Assembly: GCF_009914755.1 (NCBI RefSeq) | Contig: NC_060928.1 | DNA from: the human T2T-CHM13v2.0 reference genome, Homo sapiens | DNA length: 64,000 nt | Reading direction: 5' to 3' (one strand) | Part shown: positions 30,745 to 44,230 of the stretch, in pieces | Layout: each line of letters begins with the position of its first letter | How positions within the stretch are numbered: the first letter of the stretch is position 1 | Notes under the pieces: model-generated | Told to the model about the DNA's origin: nothing | Seen by the model: the letters and a program-made list of their open reading frames with translations, nothing else | Databases searched by the model: none | Position numbers and translations under genes: made by a program

Positions 30745-32018
30745 CAATAGCAGCCCCAAATTTATTCGCAAATTTCTTGCCAGCAAGGTTCCAGCACTTG
30801 AGAGTGACGATGGATTTTGTGTGTTTGAAAGCGATGCCATTGCTACTATGTGAGCAATGAGGAACGGTGGGGAAGGACTCCATAGGCAGCAGCCCAGGTG
30901 GTGCAGTGGGTGAGCTCTCTTGATAGCAATGCAGTGTCCCCAGCCAGTGTCTCAGTGTTTCCCACCTTGGGCATCATGCACCACAACAAACAGGCTACTG
31001 AGAATGCAAAGGCAGAGGTGAGGCGAATTTTGGGGCTGCTGGATGCTCACTTGAAGACGAGGACTCTTCGTCTGGCTGACATAGTAGTTTTCTGCACCCT
31101 GTTGTGGCTCTATAAGCAGGTTCTGGAGCCTTCTTCCTGCCAGGCCTTTCCCAATACCAACTGCTGGTTCCTCACCTGCATTAACCGGCCCCAATTCCGG
31201 GCTGTCTTAGGGAAGGTGAAACTGTCTGTGAACATGACCCGGTTTGATGCTAAAAAGCTTGCAGAAGGCCAGCCTGAAAAAGACACCCCATGGAAAGGGA
31301 AAGGTTCACGGGAAAATAAGCAGTAGCCCCAGGCTGAGCGGAAGGAGGAGAAAAAGGCAGCTGCCCCTGCTCCTGAGGAGATGGACGAATGTGAGCAGGT
31401 GCTGGCTGCTGAGCTCAAGGTCAAAGACCTCTTCGCTCACTTGCTCAAGAGTACCTTTGTGTTGGATGAATTTAAGTGCAAGTACTCCAACGAGAACACG
31501 CTCTCTGTGGTGCTGCCCTATTTCTGGGAGCACTTTGATAAGGATGGCTGGTCCCTGTGGTACTCACAATATCGCTTTCCTAAAGAACTCACTCAGACCT
31601 TTATGACTTGCAATCTCATCACTGGAATGTTCAAGCGACTGGACAAGCTGAGGAAGATGCCTTTGCCAGTGTCATCCTCTTTGGAACCAACAACAGTAGC
31701 TCTATTTCTGGAGTCTGAGGCTTCTGAGGCCAGGAGCTTGCCTTTCTGCTGAGTCCAGATTGGCAGATGGACTACCAGTCATACACATGGCAAAAACCGG
31801 CTCCGGGCAGCGACGAGCCCCAGACCCTGGTTGGAGCGTAGTTTTCCTGGGAGGAGGGTTTCCAGAATATGGGCAAAGCCTTCAATCAGGGCGAGATCGT
31901 CAAGTGAGTATCTCTTGCCATCTTCTACCTGCCTGCATCTGCCCTTCAGGGTGATGGGAGTCATTAAAGGAAAATGAACACTGAAAAACTAAACTAAACT
32001 AAATAATAAAATAAAATA
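30745..32018 (+). pseudogene. EEF1G: 5'-truncated processed pseudogene of EEF1G
   Basis: Intronless homology: [67 protein letters not shown], stop at 31905-31907. 3'UTR has ATTAAA (31963-31968) and an A-rich tail. About the first 43 codons are missing; there are frameshifts, a 6-codon deletion near 31068 and TAG at 31324. The symbol refers to the parent gene. Confidence 0.96.
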
Positions 32019-32815
32019 GGGATGGTCAACAGGAGTCTATTTATGGGATCTCATACTCCATGTTGAAGATTTGAGGAAATATCATATTTTCCTAAGTTGA
32101 ATTTCTTTTTCTTACTAAAATATACACCCCTTCCCCAGGAATGAAATTCTCTTGTTTTTCTGATGTTTTCCTCAGTCTCTGAAATAGTGTTTGGTATAAC
32201 CAGATCCCAAAACAGGTGTTCTGAATTGCCAGGAAAATCAAATTAAAAGTTGTTTAAAGGTTAATTGATTTCACATTTCAAAACATTTCAGCTCTACTTT
32301 AAGTATGTCAAATGTGTTAGAAAACTAATCTGCAAGGGAAATTTTTTTATTTTCTTAAAATTGAACACATATGACAGGAATTATCTTTCACTAATTCAGT
32401 AATAATTTTAACAATAATAACTGACTTATGTGTTTTTAAACACCTTTTTCACCCAAATTTTTTAAAAAGTTAAAAAGAGATGTTTATTTTCTCCATTTTT
32501 AAAAAAACTTTCTAATAAATTGTGACTGAATGAGAGAATTTTAGCTTTTCCAGTGAGGAACAAGCACTGAATGTCAAAAATTAACTGCGGATGTTCTAGA
32601 AGTGTTGCTGGATCTAAGCCTGGCCTCTTCAAATGGTAATATTGATCATTTCCTCTGGAATACAGGTAGAGCTAATTACAAATTAGTCAAAATGATTAAC
32701 TTCTGCACTCCTCAGCCTGTGAATTACTTTAAAAGATGTCAATGAAAAGCCCAAGGAGACTATTGTTGTTAAGATTTTATTTGAAGCCAAAAAATGCACA
32801 GAAAGTTAAAAACTA

Positions 32816-32885
32816 TTAACTCGTCATTTACATTAGGTGTATCCTAGACCTTAAAGTATAATAAAAAAAGTATATATATATAAAA
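32816..32885 (+). mobile_element. 70-bp L1PA insertion with 5' inversion and 16-bp TSD
   Basis: TSD AGAAAGTTAAAAACTA at 32800-32815 and 32886-32901. Antisense L1 3'UTR TTAACTCGTCATTTACATTAGGTGTAT, then sense CCTAGACCTTAAAGTATAATAAAAAAA. Confidence 0.88.
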
Positions 32886-33129
32886 AGAAAGTTAAAAACT
32901 AGCAATTTGCTCTTCTAAAATACTTTCTTACTTCTCAGTGTAATAGCATTGGTAATATTCACAGTTTCACTTCATTTTAAGCAAGAGGCATTAATAACAT
33001 AAAGTTGCTACTAGAAATAAAATTTGTTATTTTAAATATGAATATATGGAACCATATGTTGACATTTTCTGAAACTGACTTTTCAGAGACATAAACACAG
33101 TTCAAATCAGCACAAGTTGTTTTTCATTA

Positions 33130-33240
33130 GTTATATATATAAAATATATATTATTTATTATTATTTAATTTATTATTATTCAATGATAATAAATTATATT
33201 ATAATAAATATTGTTTTTTATTATTATTAGTTATATATAT
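33130..33240. repeat. AT-rich low-complexity tract
   Basis: Almost pure A/T. Confidence 0.8.
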
Positions 33241-33280
33241 GTAATTTCAGCTGATAAATTAATGGACACATATCCTAAAT

Positions 33281-33420
33281 CAGTGGTCCTCAACGTTTGC
33301 AAATTTATGGGCCCCATTCTAGAGCTAGTCAATTAGAAACTCACAGGTCTAGGCTAGCAATCTTGTTTTAAACTAGCCTTCCAAGTGATTCTTATCCATG
33401 TTAAAGATAGAAAAGTATTG
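33281..33420. mobile_element. MER5-like hAT-Charlie fragment
   Basis: CAGTGGTCCTCAAC...GGGCCCCA...TTTTAAAC..CCAAGTGATTCTTAT. Confidence 0.6.
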
Positions 33421-34516
33421 TCCTAAACCAACATTGCTGAGGAAAACCTACTGTTAAAGATAGCACTGTAGTACTTCCCAAATCTGAAACATTGAAGAAT
33501 GTTTCCATAAAACCAAATGTCTATAATACTTTCAAAATAAATATAAGAGTTTTTGTTTTCAGGGTCAGTGAAGTAAACGCAAATCTTGGTTTTCATTACT
33601 CATACACAAGAAGCCAATTGTAGGGGAACCGTCTGGGGAACTGAAAGAAACCTTTAGGGATATGATTTGGTAATTTGGTTTTTTAATTATTCATTTGTAG
33701 CCATGTCTTATTAGCTTCCAAATCTAGAGCAAAATGATGTATTGGCTATTTTAGAATTTTCCACTCAACTATGAAATATATATCGGTAACATCATTGCAA
33801 AGACATATCCTTGATTGAGTCCTGCGAACAGCAGTTAAAGGAAGATAAAGAATTCCAAACATCAAAATGAAATTCAAATTTCTGTTGATTAGGAGGATTC
33901 TTAATTCATACTAATAATGAATAGAAAATAACAATGCATAGGACTTTATGTCTTAACCATAATTCCAATTATACAATTTAATGGTCCAATCCTCCTTTAT
34001 AGTTTGAAATGGATTGCTCACCTCGGATCTATGTTTTTGTTGTTGATGTATATTTTGTGGGTATGTGCGGGTTTTATGAAGAATGACAGGGAAGAAGGAG
34101 GAGTTTAAACTCTATTTTTTTTCTTTTTTGCTGTGTATGAAGAAAGCTAAAGCTGTTATTAACTTACAATCCTATCAATACCTACCTCCATCAATCTTTG
34201 TATTATGATATTATGTATCTTATACTAATTCATTAATATGGCAAATTATTTTAAAACTTAAAAAAGTAGGTTCAACTGAGCTTCTCCTTTAGTTTTTCAT
34301 TTGAAAAAATGTCTAAATAAACTACGGTTTTTTGGATATATAGATCACTAACTCTGCAGATTTGATATTTAATTTTTGGATCAATTATATAATTTGAGAA
34401 AGTAAAGTTCTCACATAAGATATACATATAGATATAGATTTATAGACATATACCACCAAATTCTTCTCCAGAAAATCTGGTATAGTGAGCTCTACAGGAA
34501 TTATATGTACTGTGCA

Positions 34517-34529
34517 TGTGTGTGTTTGC

Positions 34530-34566
<37 letters not shown>
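34517..34566. repeat. (TG)n(TA)n microsatellite
   Basis: Directly visible. Confidence 0.9.
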
Positions 34567-35352
34567 CAATTATATGTGTAATATCAGTCAGTTGTATTTA
34601 ACATGTAATTCATATATCTATATATAATTTTTGTATTTAGAGATCACTATACCATATTTTATGTATAAATTTATTATATATAAAATATAAATTATATATA
34701 TTTTATATTATATAGAGAGAGGAATAGAGAAAAACTAAGGATGAAAAATAAATATGTTTGCCCACTACTCCTACAAAAATATAATGAGCATTTTCTTATG
34801 AAAAGCCTTTGAACACCAACTATTTTAAACTCCATACTTAAATATTTTTCTAAACTATGAACAACATAAAAGTGATTTATTAAATAAAACATTTCGCCCA
34901 TGCTATTACCTAAACTTGCATAATATGCAGAGAATCACTATTTGGCTTACCTCAGAATAGGAGTTTGTCAGTAAGAGCCACCACCACTTTTGAAGGTAAC
35001 AGTTCATAGCCAGAATGTCCTTCAAAGTCACCTGAGAACTCTAGATGCATACACTTAACTGGACCCCATTCTAGAACTACTAAAAAATAATTTTCAAGGT
35101 ATGAAGTCCCGAACATTTTCTTAATTTATGGTGAGAAATTTTTAGTTTAAAGCAAATAATCTAGACAATATGTGATCCACTGGAAAACTGAGGAAAAAAG
35201 GAATCTCTGCTATGTGGCTGTTTTAGATGTTTTACTTCTCTGGGATTTGCCTGGGAGGATCATTAGAAGTATTATCTTGGTTTCCTCAGCTCATTCTCCA
35301 ACTATTCAATCTATTCTGCTTTCCAAGTAAATCTAAAATGTGTGATGGATGA

Positions 35353-35688
35353 TGCTATGGTCTTAATATTTGTGCCTCCCCCAAATTCTATTTTGAAACC
35401 TAACCCCATAGGTGATGATATTAAGAGGTGGGGCCTTAGGAGGTAATTTGGTTGGCTCAGCTCATAAGGCGCAGTGTCCTTACAAAAGAAGCTCAACAGA
35501 GCTTGTTCACCCCTTTTCCCATGTAAGGACACATAGAAGACACCATCTATGAAAACCAGGCCCTCACCAGACAGAGAATCTGCTGGCATCTTGATCTTGG
35601 ATTTTCCAGCCTGCAGAACTGTGAACAATAAATTTCTATTGTTTATAAATTACCCATTATTTTGCTATAGCTGTCTGAAAGGACAAAA
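35353..35688 (+). mobile_element. MLT1A-like MaLR solo LTR
   Basis: TGCTATGGTCT...CCCCCAAATTC...GCCCTCACCAGAC...CTTGATCTTGGATTTTCCAGCC...AATAAATTTCTATTGTTTATAA. Confidence 0.85.
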
Positions 35689-37236
35689 GCAACTTCCTTT
35701 TTCCAACTTCCAGCACGATAATTTCATTCTCTCTTTTGTTCTTGTCCAGTTGTCTATTATTTCAATGTCCCTTTGTTTGTGAAGAGAAGTAGAAACTCGT
35801 GCTTAGTCCATCACATTTAACCAAAATGAAAATTAATTTGAGTGATCTAATATGAGCCATTTTAACCTAGAAAATTTCATTTCTTTTCTTTGGGTTAAGA
35901 AGGTTTTCCTGAAGTATGAGTGTGATTATTGCTTTTGTTCTCGTTGACCAAGTCATGTGGCAAAGAGCACAAGTTATTTTTGGTTTGGATTTATTTTGTT
36001 TGCCGTCTATAGACATACTCTACTTTTGGTTTTAGTTTTTGACTGTGTTCAAAGAACGGTTTTGAGGTTGTTCTAAAGTGTCCCTGAAACTTCTCTTCAG
36101 AATATCCAGTGTCAGCTCTGCCTTTCACTGCCTACAATGTAAGCGTCACTTCTGTTGTTTCTGCTCTCCTGCCTTCTGCCTTACCTCTCACCCAGAATTC
36201 TTCCCATTCCAGCATATCTTAAAGATGTCTGGCCACAAGTCCTAGAAGTGGCACTATATTGTAGCATTAAAATTGGTAGTCCATTCTAATATTCCTTAGA
36301 CTCCTATGGCAAATAATTTCCAGAAGTAAGCCCATTCTCAAGGTAATATTTCTTACTTTTGTTCTTCATTTCTTTAGGCAAATGCATTTGTTTCCCTCTA
36401 TTCATTATTAGAAGAGAGGAGATTACATACCAGACATATACCAATAGGTAAGTTGACTATCTTGACAGCACTCACAATAGTCTTTTACTCATACCTACTC
36501 TTCTTCCCAAATCTGTATTTGAGGTCAGATTGCCCTGCATAATTCATAGATCAATGTACATAGTCTAACAGAAATAAATTAATGTATTATTTTTAAAGTT
36601 TGAGGTGAGATAGAACAAAGCAAAAAGGCATATACTGGTTTTCTGACAATTTGAAGTTTTGTTAATGTCAAAAAGTCTTTCAGGGTCCCTTTTACTTTTC
36701 TATCTATAGAACTTTAATTGTTGAGATTTTACCTCCTAAGATTACAACACAAGCCCACTTCTTTATGTGGTATTATAAGAATCAATGCATTCAAATTGAT
36801 ATATGAGGGTATGAATGGTTATTTAGACTTGTTCATTGGCCATTTGGAAAACGTTAGCCACATGGCTGAGAACACTGTGGCATAGAGTTTTGATTAGTGT
36901 AGTCCCTGAAACTTTGGCCCAGAGGGAAGATGAAAGAATATGAAACTCTATTTTGATGGTTTTGAAAGGGTAGGGAGGTAGGAAAGAAGATATTTACCCT
37001 GCTTTCCATAGGAGTGTTGTATTTCTTGTGGCAAAATATGTTAACTTTGAATTATTATCTCTTTCAAATCTATACTTGTTATAGTTAAAAGTTCTCCTTT
37101 GATTTTAGAAATAGATTGATTGTTGCCTTAGTAGATAGTAGTTTTCTGAGGTTTTGCCTTTAGTGCTACCTCCATAAATTTGGGAGGAATTTGGAATTGG
37201 TTATATTAGGAAAATAGACATAATTTTGATAAGCCT

Positions 37237-37632
37237 GGATAGACTGGATAAAGGAAATGTGGTAAATATACACTGTGGAATACTATGCAGCCATAAAAAA
37301 GAATGAGATGATGTCCTTTGCAGGGACATGGACAGAGCTAGAGGGCATTATCCTTAGCAAACAAACACAGAATGAGAAAGCCAAATACCGCATGTTCTTA
37401 ATTAAAAGTGGGAGGTAAATGATGAGAACACATGGATACATAGAGGGGAACAATACACATTGGGGCTTTCAGAGGCTGGAGGGTGGGAGGAGGAAGAGGA
37501 CCAAAAAATAAATAATGGGTCCTAGGCTTAATACCTGGGTGATAAAATAATCTGTACAACAAACTCCCATGACACAAGTTCACCTATATAACAAACCTTC
37601 ATTTGCACCTCTGAATGTAAAAGTTAAAAAAA
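37237..37632 (+). mobile_element. L1PA (about L1PA10-13) 3' end
   Basis: GGAATACTATGCAGCCATAAAAAAGAATGAG...TACCTGGGTGATAAAATAATCTGTACAACAAAC...A-tail. Confidence 0.88.
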
Positions 37633-38059
37633 GTTAGTATGTATACATCAAAACACACAGGAACATGCTGTATTAATAATTAATTATTGCTCAAAAGTCT
37701 AAAATTTATATTGATAAAGTAATTAACTTTTCTTTTGTAAACATGGCATTCAAGATTGCTTTGCCTAAAATGTTGGGTGGTCAAATATCTTAAATGAGAT
37801 TGGCAGTAGAATCAGTGTAGTGAAAGATGGGATCTGAATGTTGAGATACTTGTTAGGAGATTGGCACTCTTAAAGAATTAAACAGAAATTTTTTTAAAAA
37901 GGACAAGTAACTTCAAATTGACTATTTGCTTTAATGTTTGAAACTCTCTGTTATCCAGTCATTTTTTCTTTCAAAGTAGGAAATTGTGTTTAGAAAGCTT
38001 GGAAATTTCAACATATTCTTGGGCACTTAATACCTTTTTGGTTTTCTTGCCAATTCCAC

Positions 38060-38790
<731 letters not shown>

Positions 38791-39169
38791 TGACTCAAGT
38801 TCATGGTACTTGAGAGGCCTGAGTGGGAGGGCACTACACATTTGTATGGCAAAAACCCCTGGATGTAGAAAGGGTAAGGAATTGGAGACATTCATGCATT
38901 TAATTACACATTCATTGTATACATGGAAGGAAGACAGTTTTAGGGTGGACATCTCAAGTCCAGATCATATAAAACATTTCAGAGAATTTATTATGATAAT
39001 ATTATCCCTTGGAAGTCTTTTCCCAAGCATGAAGTCAAAATTGCTGGGTATAGTTTTGTAGAAGCACATCCAAGGGAAAAAAAAAACATCTAAGTTTTCA
39101 TTTTGGTTCTGTTTTTAAAACAAAATGTGTGTAATTTGTTTTTTTCTTTAAAAAATATTACAAACATCC

Positions 39170-39340
39170 ACTGCTAATGAGCACAGAATTTCTTTCTGAG
39201 GTGTTAAAAAATTCTGAAGTTAGATATTGATGATAGTTACACAACTCTATGAATATACAACGAACCACTAAATTGTACTCTTTAAAAGGGTAACTTTTAT
39301 AGTATGTGAATTAATCTTAATAAAGGTGTAATTAAAATGT
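39170..39340 (+). mobile_element. L1M 3'-end fragment
   Basis: TTTCTTTCTGAGGTG...ACAACTCTATGAATATAC...GTATGTGAATTA. Confidence 0.7.
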
Positions 39341-39616
39341 TTAAAACTAGGAGTATCTTTAATGTTGTTTTACATATAAACATGAAATTATATTTATTTT
39401 ATTTACAGGTTTTGTTTTGTGCTTAAGTTTATAAATAGTAAAGGAAAATTCTTTCCTTTTTTTTCCCGTGTAGAATTTTGAATAGTTTCTTAAAACTTAT
39501 TATTTTTATTATAAAATAATTTTTATAATATTATAAAATTATTATAAAATATTCTTTTATTTATTATAGTTCTCAGTCAAGTGTAATGTAAAACCTTAAA
39601 ATAAAAGCATAGAAAG

Positions 39617-39877
<261 letters not shown>

Positions 39878-40649
39878 CTAAATGAGACACTGTAATATAA
39901 ATCAAAGTCCTCGTAAAACATAAAGCAGTATAAAATGAATGTCATTATTATAGTAAAATAAAAGGGTATAAGTTTATAATTTGTAAAGTTTCAAATGTAC
40001 TGTTAAAATCTGTATTGGTTATGTAGGCTTTTCCCTCCCTGAGTTCCTTTAACCATGAGTCACTAAGAGAATAATCGTATTGTGATATAAAACATAAGAA
40101 CACTATAAAGTGCCTATCAAATAGAAAGCACAGGCACTGGGAGAAGATTAGGAATGCATTGAACAGTAGGAAAAAGTTTTGCCTTCAATATTAGAAAAAA
40201 TTTAATATCTAGACCATAATTGAAAGGTTTTCTGAATTTATTTTTGTCATTGTCCTGGATTCTTTTCACTATGAGTCATTTAATTCTTTAAAAAGATGTT
40301 ATTTGTGGATTTGATGATGTTATAGCATAAAGTAAATATTTGCATTGTTACATTGTCATGTTACTGTTACATATTAAATTTTGCAAAATACTCTTTTGAT
40401 GTGACATTCTAATAGGGACCTTGTCATCCATACAAAAAAATGTACTTAAGTAGCTTTTTTAAACTTATGGTTATGATTCTATGGCATGAGTCTTCCTTTA
40501 GTGAGACATATATAAATTAAATATTTCAAATTAAAATTAGTCATTGTGTACATAAGAATTATTTTTAAAACTGTAATGCGTGTAAAGCTGATAATTTGAT
40601 CTTATTCTTTTTCTCAGGTTTTTTTAGTAAAAATAAATATCAAAAAATA

Positions 40650-40726
40650 TCAGATTGGATCAGATGAAATTGCCATTTGTAGGCTCAGGATGATTATATA
40701 TTGGCAATATCCTGTGGTTCAAATAA
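40650..40726. mobile_element. MADE2 mariner MITE
   Basis: ~77-bp palindromic element with ATGAAATTGCCA ... TGGCAATATCCTGTGGTTCAA. Confidence 0.7.
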
Positions 40727-41919
40727 AAGCATTATGGATAGAGTGTATATTGCATTATACAAAGACATAGTGTCATTTCCCCCACAAAACTGTATTTTCC
40801 ACTTGATAGGAAGAAGATATTAAGTAAAACTCCAAATTGGTTGGCATTACATTTTATCATGGTTAAATCCCTCAAGATGGCGGGTTCCTGGATACAGAAT
40901 CAGTATTTCTACTATGCTAATCTCTGTGATTTTGTTACTAAGAGTAATATAGGGTTTTTGTTTAAAGTAATCTATTTACTGTAATCAAAACCAGTGCCAT
41001 TCTAAATAGTTTTTGCTGGATTACTATCTAATCCACCTTCAGATTCTCTCTCAAAATTAATCTAAACCTGAAAAGAGAATGGGGAAGCAAACAGAGGGCA
41101 GAATAATGTCCTTAATATGAAGATTTATTTTGAAAAGAGTATTTTAGTCATAATAATTGTAATGTGCTGAAGCCATCATAGAAGCTTATCAAGTTTGAAA
41201 TAGATGATCCCCAGATAACCTGGCTTGAGACAAGGGATTTCTTCTTCTTAGTACAAGTATTTTAATTTATTCCTGCATAATTTTTTTGATCTATATAATA
41301 TCAATCATAATAATATGTTCTTATTTCATTGTAGAATGTTTTTGAGATTAAGTATAATAATATTCATAAGCATCATTTGAAAAATTTAAAAATAAAATTA
41401 GTTTTAATTTTTACATTTGTATTAATTTAAAATCGCAGTAATGCAATCACTTTAAGTATTGACAAAAATAATCCATGTTTCAATACGGTCTTAAAGCTAG
41501 TTATATGGCACTAAATAAGACAAAATAAAATGGCTCTATTTTTAAAACATTAACAAAATGTACTACTTTTATAATAATCCTGCTATCTAAAAATCTTTCC
41601 TCTAAAATTTTATATACAGGATTGCATTTTTAAAACTTTTTGAAAGAAAGCTCATTCAATTGTTTATTTTCATATTTATTTACAATCTGAAACATTGTTG
41701 TAACCTGAAATACTCTCATAGCCACCTCTTCAATTAACTAAATTAGTTTTATTGTATCACAAAGTGTGAATAAACCTTTGCTTTTTACATTGAAAGCAAG
41801 CATGGGATTTCTACTTATTAGTACAAGTATTTTAATTTCTTCCTGTATTTTTTAATCTTATAGTAAGTTGTCCTTTGAGAATACATTCTTTATATTAAAT
41901 ATAAAACAATTTATTGTGT

Positions 41920-42310
41920 TAGCTGAAATGCCTGTAGCTGAATGCATGACCCAAATTCATTCAATAAAAGAATATTTATTATCTAATACAATAGTAATGT
42001 ACAATTAATCCAGGACTCTTGACACATTGGTCCAATGATGTACTCAAAAATATGAGGTTCTTTTCACCTATCTTCTCTACCATGTTGATTTGGCTTTGTC
42101 CTTATGGATGCAGGAAGACTGCAGATTGAGATAAAATATCAAAATATGAAAATATCCAGATGAAGAGACAATCTCATCTCATGTTATCTAAGAATTGAAA
42201 CTTCACACAGGACTTTTGTTCCTTTGTATGCTCACTGCTAAACAAGTCACTGCCAAGGGGAATAAGATTGCCATATTGGCAGAGATAAGTCAGTTAGCAT
42301 AGTGTAGAAA
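41920..42310 (-). mobile_element. Old MLT1 (J/K/L-like) LTR
   Basis: Degenerate motifs (CAATGATG...AGGTTCTTT; CAAGTCACTGCCAAGGGGAATAAGATTGCCAT). Confidence 0.5.
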
Positions 42311-42739
42311 GTCAATCACAGAAATCACTCTAACTGTGCACTGTTTTATTATTCTCATATAAAGAAGGGTCATCTTACGCATAAATCTTAATATAAAAAT
42401 AGTCCTTTTGATGTCTATTTTTTATATTCAGATGCAACAGGAAAACTTGCACTCCAGATTAGCACCTAATCGCTTCCAACTGATAAGAAACAAAAAGAAA
42501 GCAAAATGAAAATTTTATTTATTTCATCTCATCTTGTGTGGTGTTTAATCATGCATGCTTCTTTTTTCTCCACTAGAGTTATTTCTTCATGTCAGAAAAT
42601 ACATTGAGTTATGTATTTACTATGAAAGCTTACAAAAGGCAAAATGTGGATTAGGTAGTCCAAAATATGTTCATTTCATTTAGTTTCAGAATTTGTAAAT
42701 AAGGGTAGTTGAAAAGTCCTTTTAGTCCCTCCCTCTTAC

Positions 42740-44230
42740 ATATATACAAATGAACAAGAATCATAAGATATTTGATGAAAGCGTTTACATAAAAGAAGTC
42801 TTAACAAAGAAAAAAATAAATGAATTCAGAGGAAATAAAATTTACAGAGAATGCTATATAGATAAAGTATCTTTGTGTATGTGTATAAAGATAAAAATTG
42901 AGGAAATTTTTCAGGAAACTAAAACAGCAAAAGATAAGGAAATACACTAGAAAAAATATATCCAAATCAAAAGTATCCATCCAGTAGTACCAACATCTAA
43001 TAACATGAATTCCAGAAAAATAAACAAAAAAGAAGTAAATTTATATTTTAAATTTAAGCAAATGTTTCATAACTGAATAATAGTTTTCAGAAGGATACGA
43101 AGATTATTATGAGCGATGATTTTTAAAAACACCTCCAAAAACAGTCATCTTAAAAATTCACCATAGGTATAAATTTCCTAAATTCTTAAAGAGGGAAGAA
43201 AGAAAACATGTCACCTACAAAAAATCTTATGATAAAATGTCCTCAGACTTCTTACTAGAAGCTAGAAGAATGTGAAATAGTGTCTTAAAAATTCTAAGGC
43301 AAGATGGTGTATATTTAGCCAGACTATGAAAGATTTGTGAAGGTTGAAGAAAAAGATTTTCATGTCCTCAAGGTTTTGATGCACACGCACATTCTCAGGA
43401 AGCTACTGGAGTATGTGCTCTGTTTAGTAGCATGAGAAAAGCAAGAAAGAGAAAGAATGAGGACCCTGGAAAGAAGGCCTTCCCACAGAAGAAGAATGAA
43501 AGGAATTCCTGATTTGATGGTCAAGGGAAGAAGTCCCAGGTTGACCAGTGAGCAATGATTCTAGAAAGCACATAGTTCAGATTAAAGCTGGAGTGCAGAA
43601 GACTTCAGGAGGAGTGTCTCAAAGAAAAGGTTAAACTGAAGAGTTATGTGAATGTGTTTCGATTCATTGAAAAGGTATTTAGAGATTGATTGAGAATGAA
43701 CTACTGATGGCCACGCTGGAAAATAACCAAATGAAAAAATTAACTCCAGGGCAATAAAGAGTTGAGCAAAATATAAAATGTAATGATAATGTAGTGATAC
43801 TATATGGAATATTTTACTTAGCTTAGCTACAAATAATATTTACATGGTCACATAATGCAAACATTAACTATTAACTTAATCAAGCCCTTATATAATTCTA
43901 TTGGAAGAAAGCATGTATGAATGTATGTGTATGCATATGCATAGGTTTATGCATGTGTTTATGTATATGTGCTTTGGCGCGAAGAGGGCAGGATACAAAA
44001 GGCCAATTTTTCTCTCCTATTTTCCACTTTAGGAGGTCCATAGATATTATGTAGGACTAAATACTTAAAGAAAGAATACACATGTGATTTAGAAAATACA
44101 AAAGTAAAAGAAGAAACAGGTAGAAATGTTGAATTTGGTTAACTCTGGAGACTGACAATCTGGAATATGGAAAAACAAGAAAATTGCTTTGATGCAAGAT
44201 TTATACTATTTTCAACAACAGTAGTATGTT
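42740..44230 (+). mobile_element. HAL1/L1ME-type ORF1-containing fossil
   Basis: GTCACCTACAAA...CAGACTTCT...GAAGCTAGAAGA...TCTCAGGAAGCTACTGGAG.ATGTGCTC...GAAGTCCCAGG. Confidence 0.7.

Noticed and set aside
30898-31752. EEF1G ORFs as a functional retrogene or gag fusion protein
   Set aside because: 5' truncation, frameshifts and internal stops; gag is also broken and ends in a stop before the junction.
42420-42510. Acceptor-like TTTTTATATTCAG followed by ATG
   Set aside because: All frames stop quickly, there is no donor, and I recognise no homology.
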